A stretch of 64,000 bases of DNA from the human T2T-CHM13v2.0 reference genome, Homo sapiens, in NCBI RefSeq assembly GCF_009914755.1, contig NC_060928.1; one strand, written 5' to 3'. Position numbers and translations under genes: made by a program. Under the pieces are notes generated by a model, which worked only from the letters and a program-made list of their open reading frames with translations, was not told the origin of the DNA and did not search any database. Of this stretch, positions 46,251 to 61,917 are shown one piece after another (within the stretch, counting starts at the first letter, position 1; each line of letters starts with the position of its first letter).

Positions 46251-47689
46251 ATTCCGAGCACTTTGGAACAGTTCTCTATCGTCTATATATATCTCAGCAT
46301 CTGGTACATCATAGTGCTCAGTAAATAATGACTGATTAATGAATAAGCAAACTATGCCTATTCATAATCACTGTGTTGGGGTTTGGGGAAATGTTGACGT
46401 TTGATAGAAAGAAGGACCCCAGGATCTTGCTTGGGTGTCTATAATCCATTATCCTTTGGAATGTTAACTGCAGTGGGTACAAACAAACACTACAATGTCA
46501 CTTCATAAAACTAGTTCCAATATTTCAATAAACCTGATAGAAAAGACATGTGTATACAGAGAAAGGCTGCACAGGCTAACCAAAATGTCAAGTTTCCTTG
46601 CACTTGACTCAGAATTTATATTAATCGGAATTGAGAGTGGCTCAGGAAAGCAAAAACTCAGCGTCTTCTCTGCTTGATGGCATTGCAAGGTCAGTTTGAA
46701 GGAGCCAAGCCCTACACTGGGTGGTCTCTTACGCAGTACTATGTAGAGGGTGGACTGAGCAGAAGGCAAGTGCTCACATTTGCCCTTGGTGTTGCTCTCA
46801 CTATCCTCACTTATTTATAGCAAATACCCTTCTCTGGTCCAAAGCTGGCCCACTGACTCTCTCCTTTTCTCTTCTTCCTCCTCACTCCCTGACTCTTACC
46901 CAGGCTTTTGTTTTTTTATCATCCGCTGCCTTACATCCTCTTCTTATGGGGCAACAAGACTTACTGGCTTACCTGTATTCGGGGAAAGGAATAGCTTCTT
47001 ACCACAGAAGAGTTCCATATAAGCCCTTAATAAAATGGATATTAGAGGAATTTGGAAAATCCTCTCAATACAAATGCCTGGCTTGTAAAGCTGTTGTTTT
47101 GCTGCATAATCCTATTTTGCATGTCAGAAGTGAATACCATCCTCCCCCTTTTTCTTTGTTACTTCTACAATAAATTCTAATCTCCCCCAGGCAGATGGAT
47201 ACCTTGGGCCTACTAGTACAAAAACTAACAAAAAAGCTGATTAAGTAATTTTCAAAATATCTCTTCTAATCAACTAAGTAATTTCAAGTTACACAGTGAC
47301 AAGTGCCAAAGAATAAATCAACTAGGTGATGAGACAGCATGAGTAACTTGGTGGGGAGTTTACAGAGGGCTTTCCAGCCCACTGAACAGTCTTGGAGGGG
47401 GAAAAACTTAGCAGGAGGGCCCCAAAGAGACAATATTATTCTCTTCATTAAGGCATGGACCACATTTTACCACTGCCTTGACTAGCCAACCATTTAATTT
47501 TACTCTGCAGTTTTCCCCATTTACTTCAGACGGACAAGCATCTTCTAAGTGATTTAGTCTTCGGTAAAGCTTGTGACATTCTCAGAGACCCTTATCTAGT
47601 GATTTTTAAAATGTTCTAAAAACCTATCATTTTCATGTTGGAGCCTGGAGGAGGGAAGAGGAAGAACTAGAATCTTATTTTGATGCCAT

Positions 47690-48583
<894 letters not shown>

Positions 48584-48589
48584 CCATGG

Positions 48590-48645
48590 CAGTGGTTCTC
48601 AACCTTTGCTGTACATTAGAATCACTTGGGGGCATTTTAAAGGCA
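48590..48645. mobile_element. MER5-like hAT end fragment
   Basis: CAGTGGTTCTCAACCTTTGCTGTACATTAGAATCAC. Confidence 0.65.
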
Positions 48646-51600
48646 TATATACATGTCAGTATGTAAGAGTTTATTATTACTTAGGCCCTACTTTCTGGGA
48701 CAGCACTGATCAGGTGCTGAATTCTGGAAGGATTCCTTTTGGATTTCTGTCATCAAATTGAGTCCATGCTAATTCTGTTCCTGGTGTTGGCATTGGCCTG
48801 CATTTGAGAGATATTCTTCAGCCTGTGGTCCTCCCCATCCTCTCGTCTCAGTCCTTGGCATCACAGATTTGACTTTAGCCTGAGGATGTGCTACACCATC
48901 AGACAGCTTGGGATAACTGAGTTACCATAAAACCTGCAATGTTGTCTCACCCACTGTCATGATGTCTGAGCGAGCACTAATGCATTGCCCAAGATCATAT
49001 CATGGATAATGCCTTCTTATTACAGCAGAAAGGTGGGGTACTGAGGATGAGGGCTCAAGGGAGGGCACATCTCTTTACAAGAGATTAGCACTATCTAACA
49101 AAGATGTCTGCTGTCTCTGTGGTATTTGGTAACCTAATGCTTATATTTCCATTTTGCCCATGACTGATAGAATTAAGCATAAAATCATTAATCTTATTTC
49201 TTGAAATTCTGCAGCCTCCCTTTATTCAGATTCCTCAAAATGAGTAGACCAGATTCACTTGGGTTCACTTGGTTGGCATGGCCCATGAGAGTTTCAAATC
49301 ATGACAACTGGGATTTCAGATTCCTTACTAATGAGTAGGTAAGAAAGAGTCCAACAGGAGCCAAGGAAAGGCACCTAGCAGAAGGCTCCAGGTGAAAAAG
49401 AATGTGTGGACTTTCTGAAGTGTTGGCTTATTCATTCATTATTTTATTGGCTTATTCATTCATTATTTTCTTCTTTTATTTCTTGGTTCAAAAAAAAAAC
49501 ACATTTATTATACACCATTGAGTTGGAAAGGGTCTGTGGGTGCCTGTCTCACAGTAGGTGCACCTCCAATATTTGTGGAATGAGTAAATAAGAAAATGAT
49601 TTCTAGAAGGAACTCATTATTAATTGCCCTGATTTACTTCTTGTTTCCTAGACATTCTTGTCCAGTCACTTCTGTAATAAATATAGACCAAGTTCTCCTG
49701 CTTACTGGTCTCTGCAGCTGCCTTTCTTCCTATTTGCTGGAATGGACATTATTTCTGTCTCATTTCTACATTATCTCCACATTATCCTCTGGCTTGTCAG
49801 TCATAACATTCACATGTACAAATCCATTTTTATCGTTTTTTTTTATCTACTAGGAAAAATTGGGGTCAACTTTAATGTTGTTCATAAATTATACTCTACT
49901 TTTCTATTTTTTTGTCTTATTTTCTATACATTTTTCTTTTGCTTTTTGCTTAGTTTCTGTCCTTTCTCCATTTTTCCCTAGTTGCCATTTTCTTCTTCAT
50001 ACATAGATCAGGATTAAGAATGAGGGAGCTGAAGTTAAAAAAAAAAAATAAGAGCTAGTGAAAAACTTTATTTTACAGAAGAATTGAGATAAAGATATCC
50101 TTATTTAGTAAGGCCATTTCTCCTTTTCATTAATTCTAATTTATGCTCTGCATTTTGCTGAGATGATAAAAAGAAACAACTGAAGCCAACTCGGTTACTG
50201 TTAGGGTCCTAGTCAACTTCTTGGCCAGGTTACTTTCTCCTGGATGCCTTGTCGAGCGGCTGGCACACAGTAGGCCCTTGATACATGTTTATTTAATTAC
50301 TCAAATGGAAACAGAGAGGCTTTTAAATCCCAAATTAGTTCAATAAAAAGATTGAAATGGAAATGGGGGCAAAGATTGAAATGGAAATGAGGCTTCAGGC
50401 TTCTCTGTGGATCTTGTTTCTGATTCCTGCCTGTTCTCCATTAGCATTGATAATTGAAAATTGACTACATGTAATCTCAAATCTATTAATTGATAAACCA
50501 TTTACTTTTCCTGAAAACAAAATCAGTGGTGTTTTTTGACTGTTTGACTACTTATCAAATTGATTTATTCAATTAATTTTCAAACTTTTGACTCATTTTT
50601 ATCTTGCAAGATTGTCCTTGACTTCTGAATGGTTCAAATAAATTACCCCTCTAAAATTACAGGAAAGTTGGTGGTAAAGCTTAATGTAACCAAAAGAATC
50701 TCAATTTGAGCAACGCAGTTTTCCAGTGATACAGGCTTTATGAAATGAAAACAACTGTTCCAAGCTGTAGCTTAAAATCTGCCTTCTTCCCAAGGCAATG
50801 GCAGAGGCACCTATGTTATTGACTCAGGCAATTCCCCTCAATGAATTGTCCTTTAAACAACTTTGATTACATACATTAGTTGGGAGTTCTGTTTCATCAG
50901 CTTGTCCATTTCTTACAGCTCTCCTGTTCTCATACCACCAAATGGGCATGATTAATCTGAGATTTCCTTCTCTTCTAAAGTTTTCCAACCATCTCCCCCT
51001 TTCTTGGTTTCTAAGAACTGCTCAGGTTTTTCTCTGAAGATGAGTCTTTCTCTTCTAAATTTCCCTTTTTTTCTTTTCTAGGTTAGGCATTTATTGATGT
51101 ATTTCCTTGGTGGTCAGAATTTGTTACCCAGTGAAAATGTCAACACCTGCAAGTTTCTTCCTAGCTCTGGCAACATTTCCTGAGAACAACTGGCTGATTT
51201 CCTTGCTTATATATTATTTTTAATGGAAGTGCCCTTGACCCTGACCTGTTCTGTAAAAATAAAATTTTGTTTTATTTTCTCTAGTTTTTGTGCTGGGTCT
51301 TCAGCTGAATTTTATTTATTTTGAAAGCTATGTTTTCTAGTTTTTTTTCCCTAACTCATTTCGACAGTTTTTTTACTTCGATTGTCCATTATCTTTAGCA
51401 TGAAAACTAGCATAACAAAGTATAATCAATTGGCTAAGAGATTGCTATTAGGGATTGTGGATTTTTAACCATACAATCAATGAGTTTAGTTCAGGTCGCA
51501 TGTCCCAGTGTAATATATTAACTCTGTTGTTTAGAAGCCTGGGATTTGCCCATCAAAATAGCTGGAAGTGATGAAAGGAATGAAGCAAACAATCAGAGAT

Positions 51601-54600
51601 AGAGACAGAAGAGCCATAGCCGGTTGCCGATTGCCTAAAATAAGAAATCTATTATAGATCTGACACATGTGCAACTTTTTCTATTAGCAATCACTGAGCT
51701 GCATCTTAGACCAGATTTTTTGTCAACGTCCCAGTGAAGGTTGAGAACCCCTCTTTTCCCTCCCTTTCCACAACCCAGGAAAGGTGAAGAAAACAACTTA
51801 ATACAATAGGTTTTCTTCATCTCCTCCTGATGCGGATGCCTTCATTTCTCTGCCTCCTCCTGTCAAAATGGTAAAAAATTTGTATGTGATTGAAAATGAA
51901 TGTCTATGTTGACTATGAACAAAAGAAAATAAGCAGGCACCTTTCTGCCTAAAATTTCAATGAGAACATTGGTCTCAGACACCTACATCTACCCTGGCAG
52001 CCCCTGGCTGGTCCTAACCACTTCACCTCTCAGATGGAAATCTCAGCCAAGTGCTCCAGTTGGCCTGAATTTAATGCAAGGCAGCACAGAGGACAAAAAA
52101 CAAGTGAGTGCACTGCAAACTATTTTTTTGTTTGTTTGTTTCAAAAGTGAAATTTCTTTCAAGGAGGCCAAACTGCTCTTCCTCAAACCACTGCAATCCA
52201 CTACAGTTTTCCCTGAGAGTTTCTTACTGGGAATATGCCATAGTTAAAAGACAATGTCACAAGCCAGTGACTATCAAACATTGGGGATGACTGAATAGCT
52301 ATGAGCCAAATCTAGATCCCAATAAGTGACTTTAGAGTGCTCCTTTTCTCACATTTAACCTGCTCCTCTTTCCCCACCCTCTTAGTGCCACAGGTCTTTA
52401 ATGGGTCTTCAATACATTTCAATACCAATTCAACAACCTAGTGTCTCCAAGAGAAAAGTACACATTTATTTATCTGAAAGTGGCCTTTGTATAGGGAAAT
52501 AGTCTTTTTGAATTTAGTTGTAAGGATGACTCACTTTGCAGAAAGCCAGAGGCACCCTTAGGTAAGAAGGGGTAATAAGTAGGGCATCTTGAGGGACCCT
52601 TTGCAGGCCAGGATGGCCCCACTACCAGGCAGACTCAAGGTTCTGAGGGGACTTGAGGTTGGGCAAACAAGAATACAGTGCTTGCTGCAGTTAGTCAGAA
52701 GGGCCAGTGGATTTGAGTATTTCAGATCAGATTCTGCCTTTGTGACACTGCATCTTTGTACGGAGAGACATTTCACAGTGTTTCTTTTAATGAAGATTCT
52801 AAAGTGATTTATGATAATTCAGAGATACTCATCTGGAATGGTGTTCTCTGCAGATTAATGATGATGGGAAAAAGTAGTGTGCCCACATCTGTTGAGAATT
52901 AAATGCTGTTGGAAAATGTTTGTCATAAATTGTTAATGAGGAATTCACAAAATTGTTCATTCAAAGACCCCCACCCCTTTTATGAACAGAAACAAACCAA
53001 CAAAACACACACATATTGAATCAAGAAAAGATAAGAAGAAAATACGTTAAAATATTCACAGTGCTAATCTAAAATGATGGGATCCTATTTTCTTTTTTGT
53101 ACCAATATGTATTCTAAATTTTCTACAAGGCATGTACAATAAAATTATTAAAAAATTAAACACCATCATTTGCCTTTTAACACTGCATCTGGTTTTGAGG
53201 TCATCCAACAAAACAAAACAAAAATTTCCCAGAACTCCGGAAAGTTAAATGGAGCTCAGAAGCATGGAGTCAGGTGGGATGTGATGGCAGGCCAGGCACA
53301 TGCCTCACCCCTTCCCAGGTGCCCCACTGTGTAGATGGCCATGACAGCTAGCTGCGGCTCAGATAACAAACCAGAGAGAGAGAGAGGCTTTTATTTGAAT
53401 TGTCAGCCTTAGCCTTGAGATACAGTGCAAGTGGCTTTAACAACCAAATCACATCTTTGCGAACAATGTCACAAAGATAGAAAAGGAGCATTATATTTTT
53501 TATCTCAAAGATGTCCTGAATAAAGTACACTTGGTTCCAATTTCATCTTGATAGTGCCTCACAGATCACAGTGACAGCCTTTCCGGAAGAATCGCTGATA
53601 CTGGGTTTACCTTGGTTTTTTTCCACTCAGGGTGAAGAAACTCTGCATTTTTATTAGCACACACCCAGCACAGATCCATTATTATTATTTACCGTTTTAA
53701 ACGTCTTCTTGGTTCTGATGGATTTCTTAGTTCAGGTAACAGAATATCCTGGCCTTTGAGAATGCAGATGGGACAGGTGAGCTTTAGCAAGGATCCCATC
53801 TAACTAAACACACCACAATATCACCTACCATCTGCCGCAGCATATGCTTAAAAGGCATGGTTTACAAACTAAATAGTAAAATTCAGGTTTCCATGGCCCA
53901 CACGATCTGCAGTATAAAATCTTAGCTGTATTTTTAAAGCCATCAGGAGCCAAAGTAATGATGACTTTTTGCAGGTCTCTGGCACCAGGAGGGTTTGTTC
54001 ACTAAAAGGTCCAAGCAACCTGGAAGATGGAACCCGGCTGCTGGAAAGGGGCATGCCTGACTTCTCCCTCCTCCCCGGTAGGAGCAGGCCCATGGCATGC
54101 TGAGCATCTAAGTTAAAGGCCCCGCAGAAGGCCACACTGTCAATAGTCTTGAGTTGATCCTGGAGTTTTTAAGGCCAGGTCCTGTTTGGTTTGGGGCTTT
54201 ACCTTAACCAGGGGCCAAGAGAAGAAATACAGGAAAGTGCAAGGCAGGGCCATGCCCCTCCTGAGAGGGAAACTACTGAAAATGATGTCAGATTGCAGAC
54301 AAGAGCACAGGAAAAACCCCAAGCACAGTCTCCGTGGAGGTCAGTCTCGCCAAGAGCCTGAGACAGCATCTTGGTGCCTTGAGCTTCCCAGGGAAATCTG
54401 ACACAGGCAGAGGAGGAAAAGAAAAACAGAGGAAGTGGATCGAAGAAGGAAGGAGGAGGGAGTTTCACAGGCCTTTCCAAGTAAACTGGGAATTGTTGAG
54501 CACAGTGATAGTGCTCTATGGTTCTACTGCTCACAGCTCCCAGAATGATGGTGGGTCAGCGAGAGGAAGGGTGATAAGAGGAGAGACAGGGTGACACGCT

Positions 54601-54719
54601 TTCCCCTAACAATGTGTACACATTGAGCAGCAGACACATTACACCTTCTGTTGACTCAGGAACCCTTTCATTCTAACATGGGTTCTTAATCTTCTCAAAG
54701 TACCCATATTTCTGAGCTA

Positions 54720-55024
<305 letters not shown>

Positions 55025-55169
55025 GGATTTTCATTGATGCCCGTTAAGTTTTGGTGTGTGAGTGATGTTGTAAATAACACTGTTCTGGCCCTAGTGGGGA
55101 GAGGATCATAGCTACCTAAACTGGCCATATGAATCTTTGGAAGTGTCCTAATCCTGTGGTCCCCGTCCT

Positions 55170-55828
55170 ATTTTGTATACTTGCAAAAGATATCCAGAAT
55201 CTGACTATATCATATCAACCACTCACTGGCTACCACCTTGATCCATGGGTAGCAGCCAAACTTTCCCACCTGCATTCACTCTAAAGCCTTCTAACTGGTC
55301 TCCCTGCTTTCACTTTTGCCGCCTAGCCCACTCCAACTATTCCAGACAAAGCAGCCAGTAATGCTTTGAAAACATTGGTCATGTCAAGTCACCTGTACCC
55401 TGCGTCATTGTAGGATATGGCCCCCCAACCTCTCTGACCTCATCCACTGCTCTCCACTCAGTCACATCCAGGCTCATTTCCACCTCAGGATCTTTGCATT
55501 TGCAGTTTCTCATCTAGATATTGGCACCCATCAAGTCTTTGCTTAAATGTCTCATTTCTAGCAAGGTCTCCCCTAATTCTCTTTAGAATTGCACCCCTGC
55601 TTCACCTTCTCCGGCTCTTCTCCACTTGATTTTTCTCTGGAGCACCTAGCAGTTCTCACTTGAAAAATACATCATTTACTTATTTTGCTTCCTCTCCATG
55701 TCCCCCAATACACTAGAATAGAAGCTTCTTGAAGAGTTTTAAGTCTATGTTTTTCACAATTGTATCCTCAGTACCTAGAAAGCTGCTTCACATTTAGTAG
55801 GTGCTCAAAAATATTTGTGAATTGAATT
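55170..55828 (+). mobile_element. L2a 3' region
   Basis: CTAACTGGTCTCCCTGCTT..CTCAGTACCTAGAA..GTAGGTGCTCAAAAATATTTG. Confidence 0.8.
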
Positions 55829-56022
55829 TGCTCGTTTCTTCCAGAAGTCTTGTGGGCACCTTTCTTATGTACAGTTTTATATATTTAAAGGTCATGCCTG
55901 ATTGAAACAAGAAAAACATTTGTAAAATTTTACACACACTGTCTGGAAGCTGTTCAGCAGTCTATATATGAAATAGGCTATAAGTGGCAGCCAAGTGTCC
56001 TGTAAACAGAAATCCACACAAG

Positions 56023-56318
56023 GTGACCCACGGTGGCTCATGCCTGTAATCTCAGTGATTTGGGAGGCTGAGGGGAAGACTGCTTGAGGCCAGGAGTTTG
56101 AGACTAGCCTGGGCAATAGAGCAAGACTGTCTCTACAAAAATTAAAAAAAAAAAAAAAATTAGCCAGGCATGGTGGCATGCACCTGTAAACCTAACTACT
56201 TAGGAGGCTGAGGTAGGAGGATCACTTGAGCCCAGGAGTTTAAACCTGTAATAGTGAGCTATGATCGCACCAATACACTCCAATCTGGGTGACAGGAGAG
56301 ACCCTGTCTCAAGAAGAA
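56023..56318 (+). mobile_element. AluJ
   Basis: Dimer; degenerate TSD AGA(A/G)ATC(C/T)ACACAA. Confidence 0.88.
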
Positions 56319-57399
56319 AGAGATCTACACAAGAGAACCTTCTAAGTCCTTGATGTTCCTTCTTAAATGGAGTTTTAGCTCATTGGGTGAGGAAAGTGTA
56401 TACGTCTTATCATTATCTAGTTTGTGTCTGGTGCTAGAAAAATGTTATTGTCCCTCCAATAATTCTTTCTAACAGACCACTTTTGAATATCCTAAATTAT
56501 TTTAAAGTGAAATAAAATAAAGAAACATAAAATGTAGATTTGATGCCAGATCTATCCAAGCCCATCTGTATACTTGTTTATTTTTCAAGAGGCTTCTTTC
56601 ATTAGAAATTTGGACATAAACGATGAAAGCTTATTGGATTGTTTTTGGTCATGTAGTTGAAAATGGCTGTGGTGGGACAGTAGCTTTAGAGGCTTTTCAA
56701 GGGTATTATCCAGTACTTTTTCTGATCTTGTGTACATGTACCAGCCCTATTGGCTAAACATCCATAATTATTCTCTTGACTTTTCTTTGTGAATCGATAT
56801 TGCTATTGAAAATAACATCCCTGAAGACAGAGCAAGGTAATATTCATTTTTTAAAAAGCTATCTTATTATGTTTACCTTGCTGTTAAGTGTATTTCTTAT
56901 TTAGCCTAGAAGTGCTGTAGTGTGGCAAAATATTGTAACTTACATAATGATTGTAATTTAAAAATGAAAACCACTAGGTATCTTTTCTTCTTTGCTTTGG
57001 TTTTGCTGGCTGTATGATTGTTCTGGCTCTATCTGTAAACACACATAAAATGAATAACAGTAAATGAATTACAGAGGTATAATTCCATTGAGGGTTCTGT
57101 AAACAGCTTTTAGCCTCAAGAGCCAAGCTCTTACAATCTATATCGAATCAGAATTGCAAGACAGAATTACAGCTTTGTTACTCAAGGTTTGCTTGTTGTT
57201 AATTTTATCGAGGACATAAAAGCTAATATGAAGCATCTGTTGCATCCTTGGCCCCTTTAAGAAACCTGTATCCATGGCAGCTGATATCAGGTAGGAGGAA
57301 TCCTCATAGGGTATTATAAAAGAGAGAGAGAGATGTCTTGTTCCTTGAATATCTCTTTGACACTAGATCCCTGCAGTGGGAGGGTTGGGATGAATTTCA

Positions 57400-58170
57400 A
57401 TCTGTTCAATCAACTTGTAGTGATTGAGCTCACACCGTTGGCAGGTCCTGTTCTAGATGCTGGGGTTACAGCAGTGAACAAATGAAGCGAAATCCTTCCT
57501 GCCCTTTTGGAGTACTTATAACTACAACTAAATCAGTACATGTGACAACCCATTTCACACAAAACCAGCTAAGGAAAGATAGTTTAGGAGGGCCTTCAGG
57601 GCGGGGGTGGGAGTGTGTTCTTTTAAATAGAATGGTTAAGAAAGATTTCACTGATCAAACGGTATTTGGGCAGAGACCCCAAGGAAGCATGGGAACAGTC
57701 TTGATGCAGGTCTCTGGGGGAAGAGCCCCCAGGCACAGAGGGCAGCCTATGCAAAAACCCTGAGACAGAAGGCTTGGCGGAGGGGGCAGCAAGGCTAATG
57801 TGGCCAAAGTCAAGTGGGCGGAAAGGGAGTGATGGGGCATGAGGTCCCAGAATATTTGGGGGACTGGATCTTAGATTGGCTTTCTAGGTCAAGGGAAGGC
57901 TTTGGGATCCTCTGACAAGAATGGGAAGCCATCAGAGAGTTTCAAGCCGAGAAATTACATTTCGAGAGGATCATTTGGCTGCTTCATAGAAAACGCATAA
58001 TGGGGAGGCAAGGGTTTAAATAGGAGAGTAGTTATGCTACTGTACAAATCTAGGCAATAGATTAGAGTGGCTTGGAAGAAGGTGGCAGGTGGAGGCGTTA
58101 AGGTGGATTCTACTTTTGGTTATATGCTGAAGGTAAAGCCAACAGAATTTGCTGACATATTGGATGTGGG
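57400..58170 (-). mobile_element. L2 3' region
   Basis: CTGTTCTAGATGCTGGGG..ACAGCAGTGAACAA..AGAATTTGCTGA..TTGGATGTGGG. Confidence 0.78.
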
Positions 58171-59049
58171 ATCACTTCACAGTCTCATTTCCCTGGAATT
58201 GCTACAAGGTACACAAAGATCTTTGAGATTTCTCCTCCCACCTGCTTTGGCCTTGATGATAGGTGCTCAAATATTGGTCATATTTGGGGTTTGCATCTTC
58301 CTTTGCTTGTTTTTGCCCTGGGCACATATATAGCATTTGCCAGGGCACGAGAACATGATTCTGCTGCCAATTCTGTTTTCTGAAACTGAACTTTGTGCTG
58401 CCACTGCAGGGCGTTCCCACTAAAGCTCAGCAGTTCTCCTGGATACAAGAACAACAAACATTTCCATTCTTCCATACACCATCACCTCTTTGCATTCATT
58501 ATTCCTCCACCATCATCTTAGATGTCTCTTTCCTTCAAACTCTGCCCAAGCCTGAACTGCTTCGTGTTTAGACTGATGCAATCTTCATCCTGGTTTTTTT
58601 TTTTTTTCATGCTTCCAGAAAGCTAGCAGCTAGTAGCAAAAATTATCCTTATCCATCTTTGTTTTTATCATCTCAGATAAGTACAAAATCCCTTTCAGTT
58701 TTCTGTCTAGGCTTCCAATTCACTCTCCTTCCACTGTACCTCCCTCCTCCCCACCAAATTTAAGTTGATTAGCACATATTCTCATCCTTATTATTTTCAT
58801 CTTCAGCACATATTTATATAATTTTGGATTCACTCTGGCAAACCACTTTGAGAACTGTGAGCAAATAAAGCAAGCATAGGGTCTGAACTGGGGAGAGGTT
58901 TTTCTTTTTTTCCATTGTCTGGTCAATCCTGCCTAGTACAAGAGAACTGAACACAGTAAGCTTTACTGTAATAGCAAACAGCACTAGGAGGGGTAACTCT
59001 TTACCCTGCAAATCTTCATTTTTTCCTTAGTGCAAAATAATTGTCATGT

Positions 59050-59446
59050 TCATCATTTATGCAACCTATCAAATATTTCTGGCTGTGTGCCTTCTGATGC
59101 ACAAAAGAGGATTGTACTTCTTGGCCCCTTTTTGGTTGGATGAAGTCATGTGATGAATTCTGGCCAATGACTTGTGAGTGGAAGTAATACAATTTCTCAG
59201 CCAGTGCATTTAATTGCCAGAATAAGAATCTAGTTCCTTTCCTCTCTTGGGGACGTTGGTGGTGACTTCTAAGATGGTGATCTGGATCACTGATGGTGGC
59301 CTGGGTTACTGAGTTACTCTGGGGAGCAGATTCTTTTGACAACCTGTGGTGGATATGCAATATGAATGAGAAACCCTCATTTTTGCCACTGATATTTTAG
59401 GGTTGTTTATCACTGCAGCATAACCTAGCCTATCCTGGCTGATATA
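59050..59446 (+). mobile_element. MLT1 (H/I/J-like) MaLR LTR
   Basis: TTCTGGCCAATGA..GAAGT; ends GCAGCATAACCTAGCCTATCCTG. Confidence 0.75.
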
Positions 59447-61660
59447 TTCAGGTCATCTCATTCTGTGATAATTACTTGAGTTTTCAATCCTGTTAAATTG
59501 AGAACAGGACCTCAGGCAAATAAGGATTTGGATGGATGTAAAGGACTAACTTAAGTTAGATGCCAGAATGGTCTATTCTGGTCATGGGAGGCCTAAGGAT
59601 GATGGTACTAGAAAGGGGGAAAGGGTTGCAAATGGAAGAAGTAGAAGGACCCTGAAGGCAAAATGAAAAAATAGCTGGAGTTTATCTAAGATTGGTACTG
59701 TGGTCTCATACAACTTCTCCATAGTGACAGAAAAGAGATTTAGTAATCTCTAACACTTGGCCTAATCCTAGATGCCTCCCAGCTGGGGGTCGCATTTGGT
59801 CAGGAAGGAACTTCCATGGTGACAAGAAGACAAGGCCAGAGGTACCACTTTGGAGGTTTCATAACCTCCAAAGGGGATAGATAACATGACTCATTTTCCC
59901 AGCTCTATTGTGGTTATTCAAATAAGTGACCATAGTCAATGTCTGTGAGCAGCTGCTGCAAGGTCAGGAGAACTCACCAAGACCTGATGCTGTTTCAGTA
60001 TCACAGCATGTCAAAGGAATGATTTCTAGCTTCCTGTAGACACCATTAGCTAAATTGCAGTATCTGCTTCTCTTATCGTCTTTGCCAGGGTCATTGTTTC
60101 TTGCACTGAACCTCGGAGGAAGGATGAGGAGAGAGGTAGGTGCCTTCTGCCTCCCTCTCCTTTGGTATGAAGCCTGCTGGAAAAGAAGCCTGCTGTTTAG
60201 AAAGTTGCTTTGTTTCTAATTGGCATGAGGAGGCTTGAGAGAACCTCTACTTTTTGCTTGTGTTATGATTTTGTGACAGTGGGAAGTCAATCTTAGAGCA
60301 TTTACAGCTCTCCCGAGCTGTCAGTAACTCAGAGACTTCAACTCCGATCAAAACCTATGACTAAAAAAAATTACCATAATCCAGTGACAGGCATGAAGAG
60401 AAAGCCATAATAATACTGATAACAATGTGCCAGTTAAGAGGCTATTATATTTAGTGCCTTACTTCAGCACAGAGAAATCGTCTCAGAGTTGCCATTGATA
60501 TAACCAGTGCCTTGTTAACAGATGTGACCTGATCTTTGCAGGGCCTGTCTCAGATACTTACCTGTATATACCTGTGGGAGGAAGAAGAAAAAGGTGTGTC
60601 CACCTAGAATAATTTGTTTGCTGGAAGTTCTGTTGTTGGCAGAAAACGGAAGCTACAAACTAGTGTGGTTATCAGCAGGGAATGGGATCAAAGTTTCAGT
60701 CCAACAAGTCCAGGTAATTGCCCGAACCACACTGAAAACTCTCTTCAGGGTCCTCTAAAACACTCTATGTTGTATCTTTTGCACCAGAGCTGTCCTCTCC
60801 ACGGTCATCCAGGAAACTTCTTTGCCACTCTACCTTGACTTTGGACACTGAGTAGTAATACCACATACTCTGATCTCATTTTCTTGGGGCCTCTGTAGGG
60901 GACTCCAGCTGTTTGATAAGCCCATTTGAGTTAAGTTGTTAATGCAGCTAATGGTGTAAGGTGTGCCCTTCTGACTCATCTATTTGCATCTTAACAGGCA
61001 ACTTTCAGCTTGAAGGCCAAGGTGTTACTACTTAGAATTTAGGGCACAGAAGGCTGGTGTGTGTCGGCAGTGATATTTGGGAGAATGAGTCTGTTTGGGA
61101 GACACTTTAGGTCATACCAGGTAAGTAGCATATTCCTTTGCCTATAGATATAGGGGGAGTGATACAGCTTTCTATTTGCATTCTGGGACTCTGTGAATCT
61201 CTTCAGTTCTTTAGAATCAGTTAAAATGCCACCTCTTCCAGACACCCTTCCTTTGTGGAAATGGGATGCATTGCTTACTGGCCTCCCCTCTGAACTTACT
61301 GTACACAGCTACAGTACACATAATCTGAATATACTTGGAGGAGTGCACATACAACTGTTATTTAAGCAATATAGGCAGTCATGTGTCATAATTCTGTATG
61401 ACTGAATAACAATAGTTACTCCACCACCAGGCTAGTGAGCCCTTTTGAGAAACCGAGTTCTCTTTTGGAATAGAGATTTCAAGTCTAAGGGGCCTCTCTA
61501 TTTACCAACTATAGATATTAAACTGTATTAAAGATGATTAATACAGTTATAGGTTGGGAGTAAATTAGCTATACCACCTTTTATCATCCCCACAAGGAAA
61601 AGGGTCAGACCTTTGACATATAATACAATCCTTGCAACCTCTGTTTTATAGAATCATACT

Positions 61661-61881
61661 TGTATTTCTTTTTTGGCTATCTATTTTCTGTGTAACAAAC
61701 CATCCCAAAACTTAGTGACCTAAAACAATAACCAGTTTATTTGCTCATGATTCTGCAATTAGAGCTGAGCTCAACTTGGTGGTTCTTTTGCTGGCCTTGC
61801 CAATGGTCACTCATATGACGGCATTTAGCTAGCTGTACAGCTGTGGCCTAGGCTCAGCGGGAATGCTGGCATGGCTGGACC

Positions 61882-61917
<36 letters not shown>

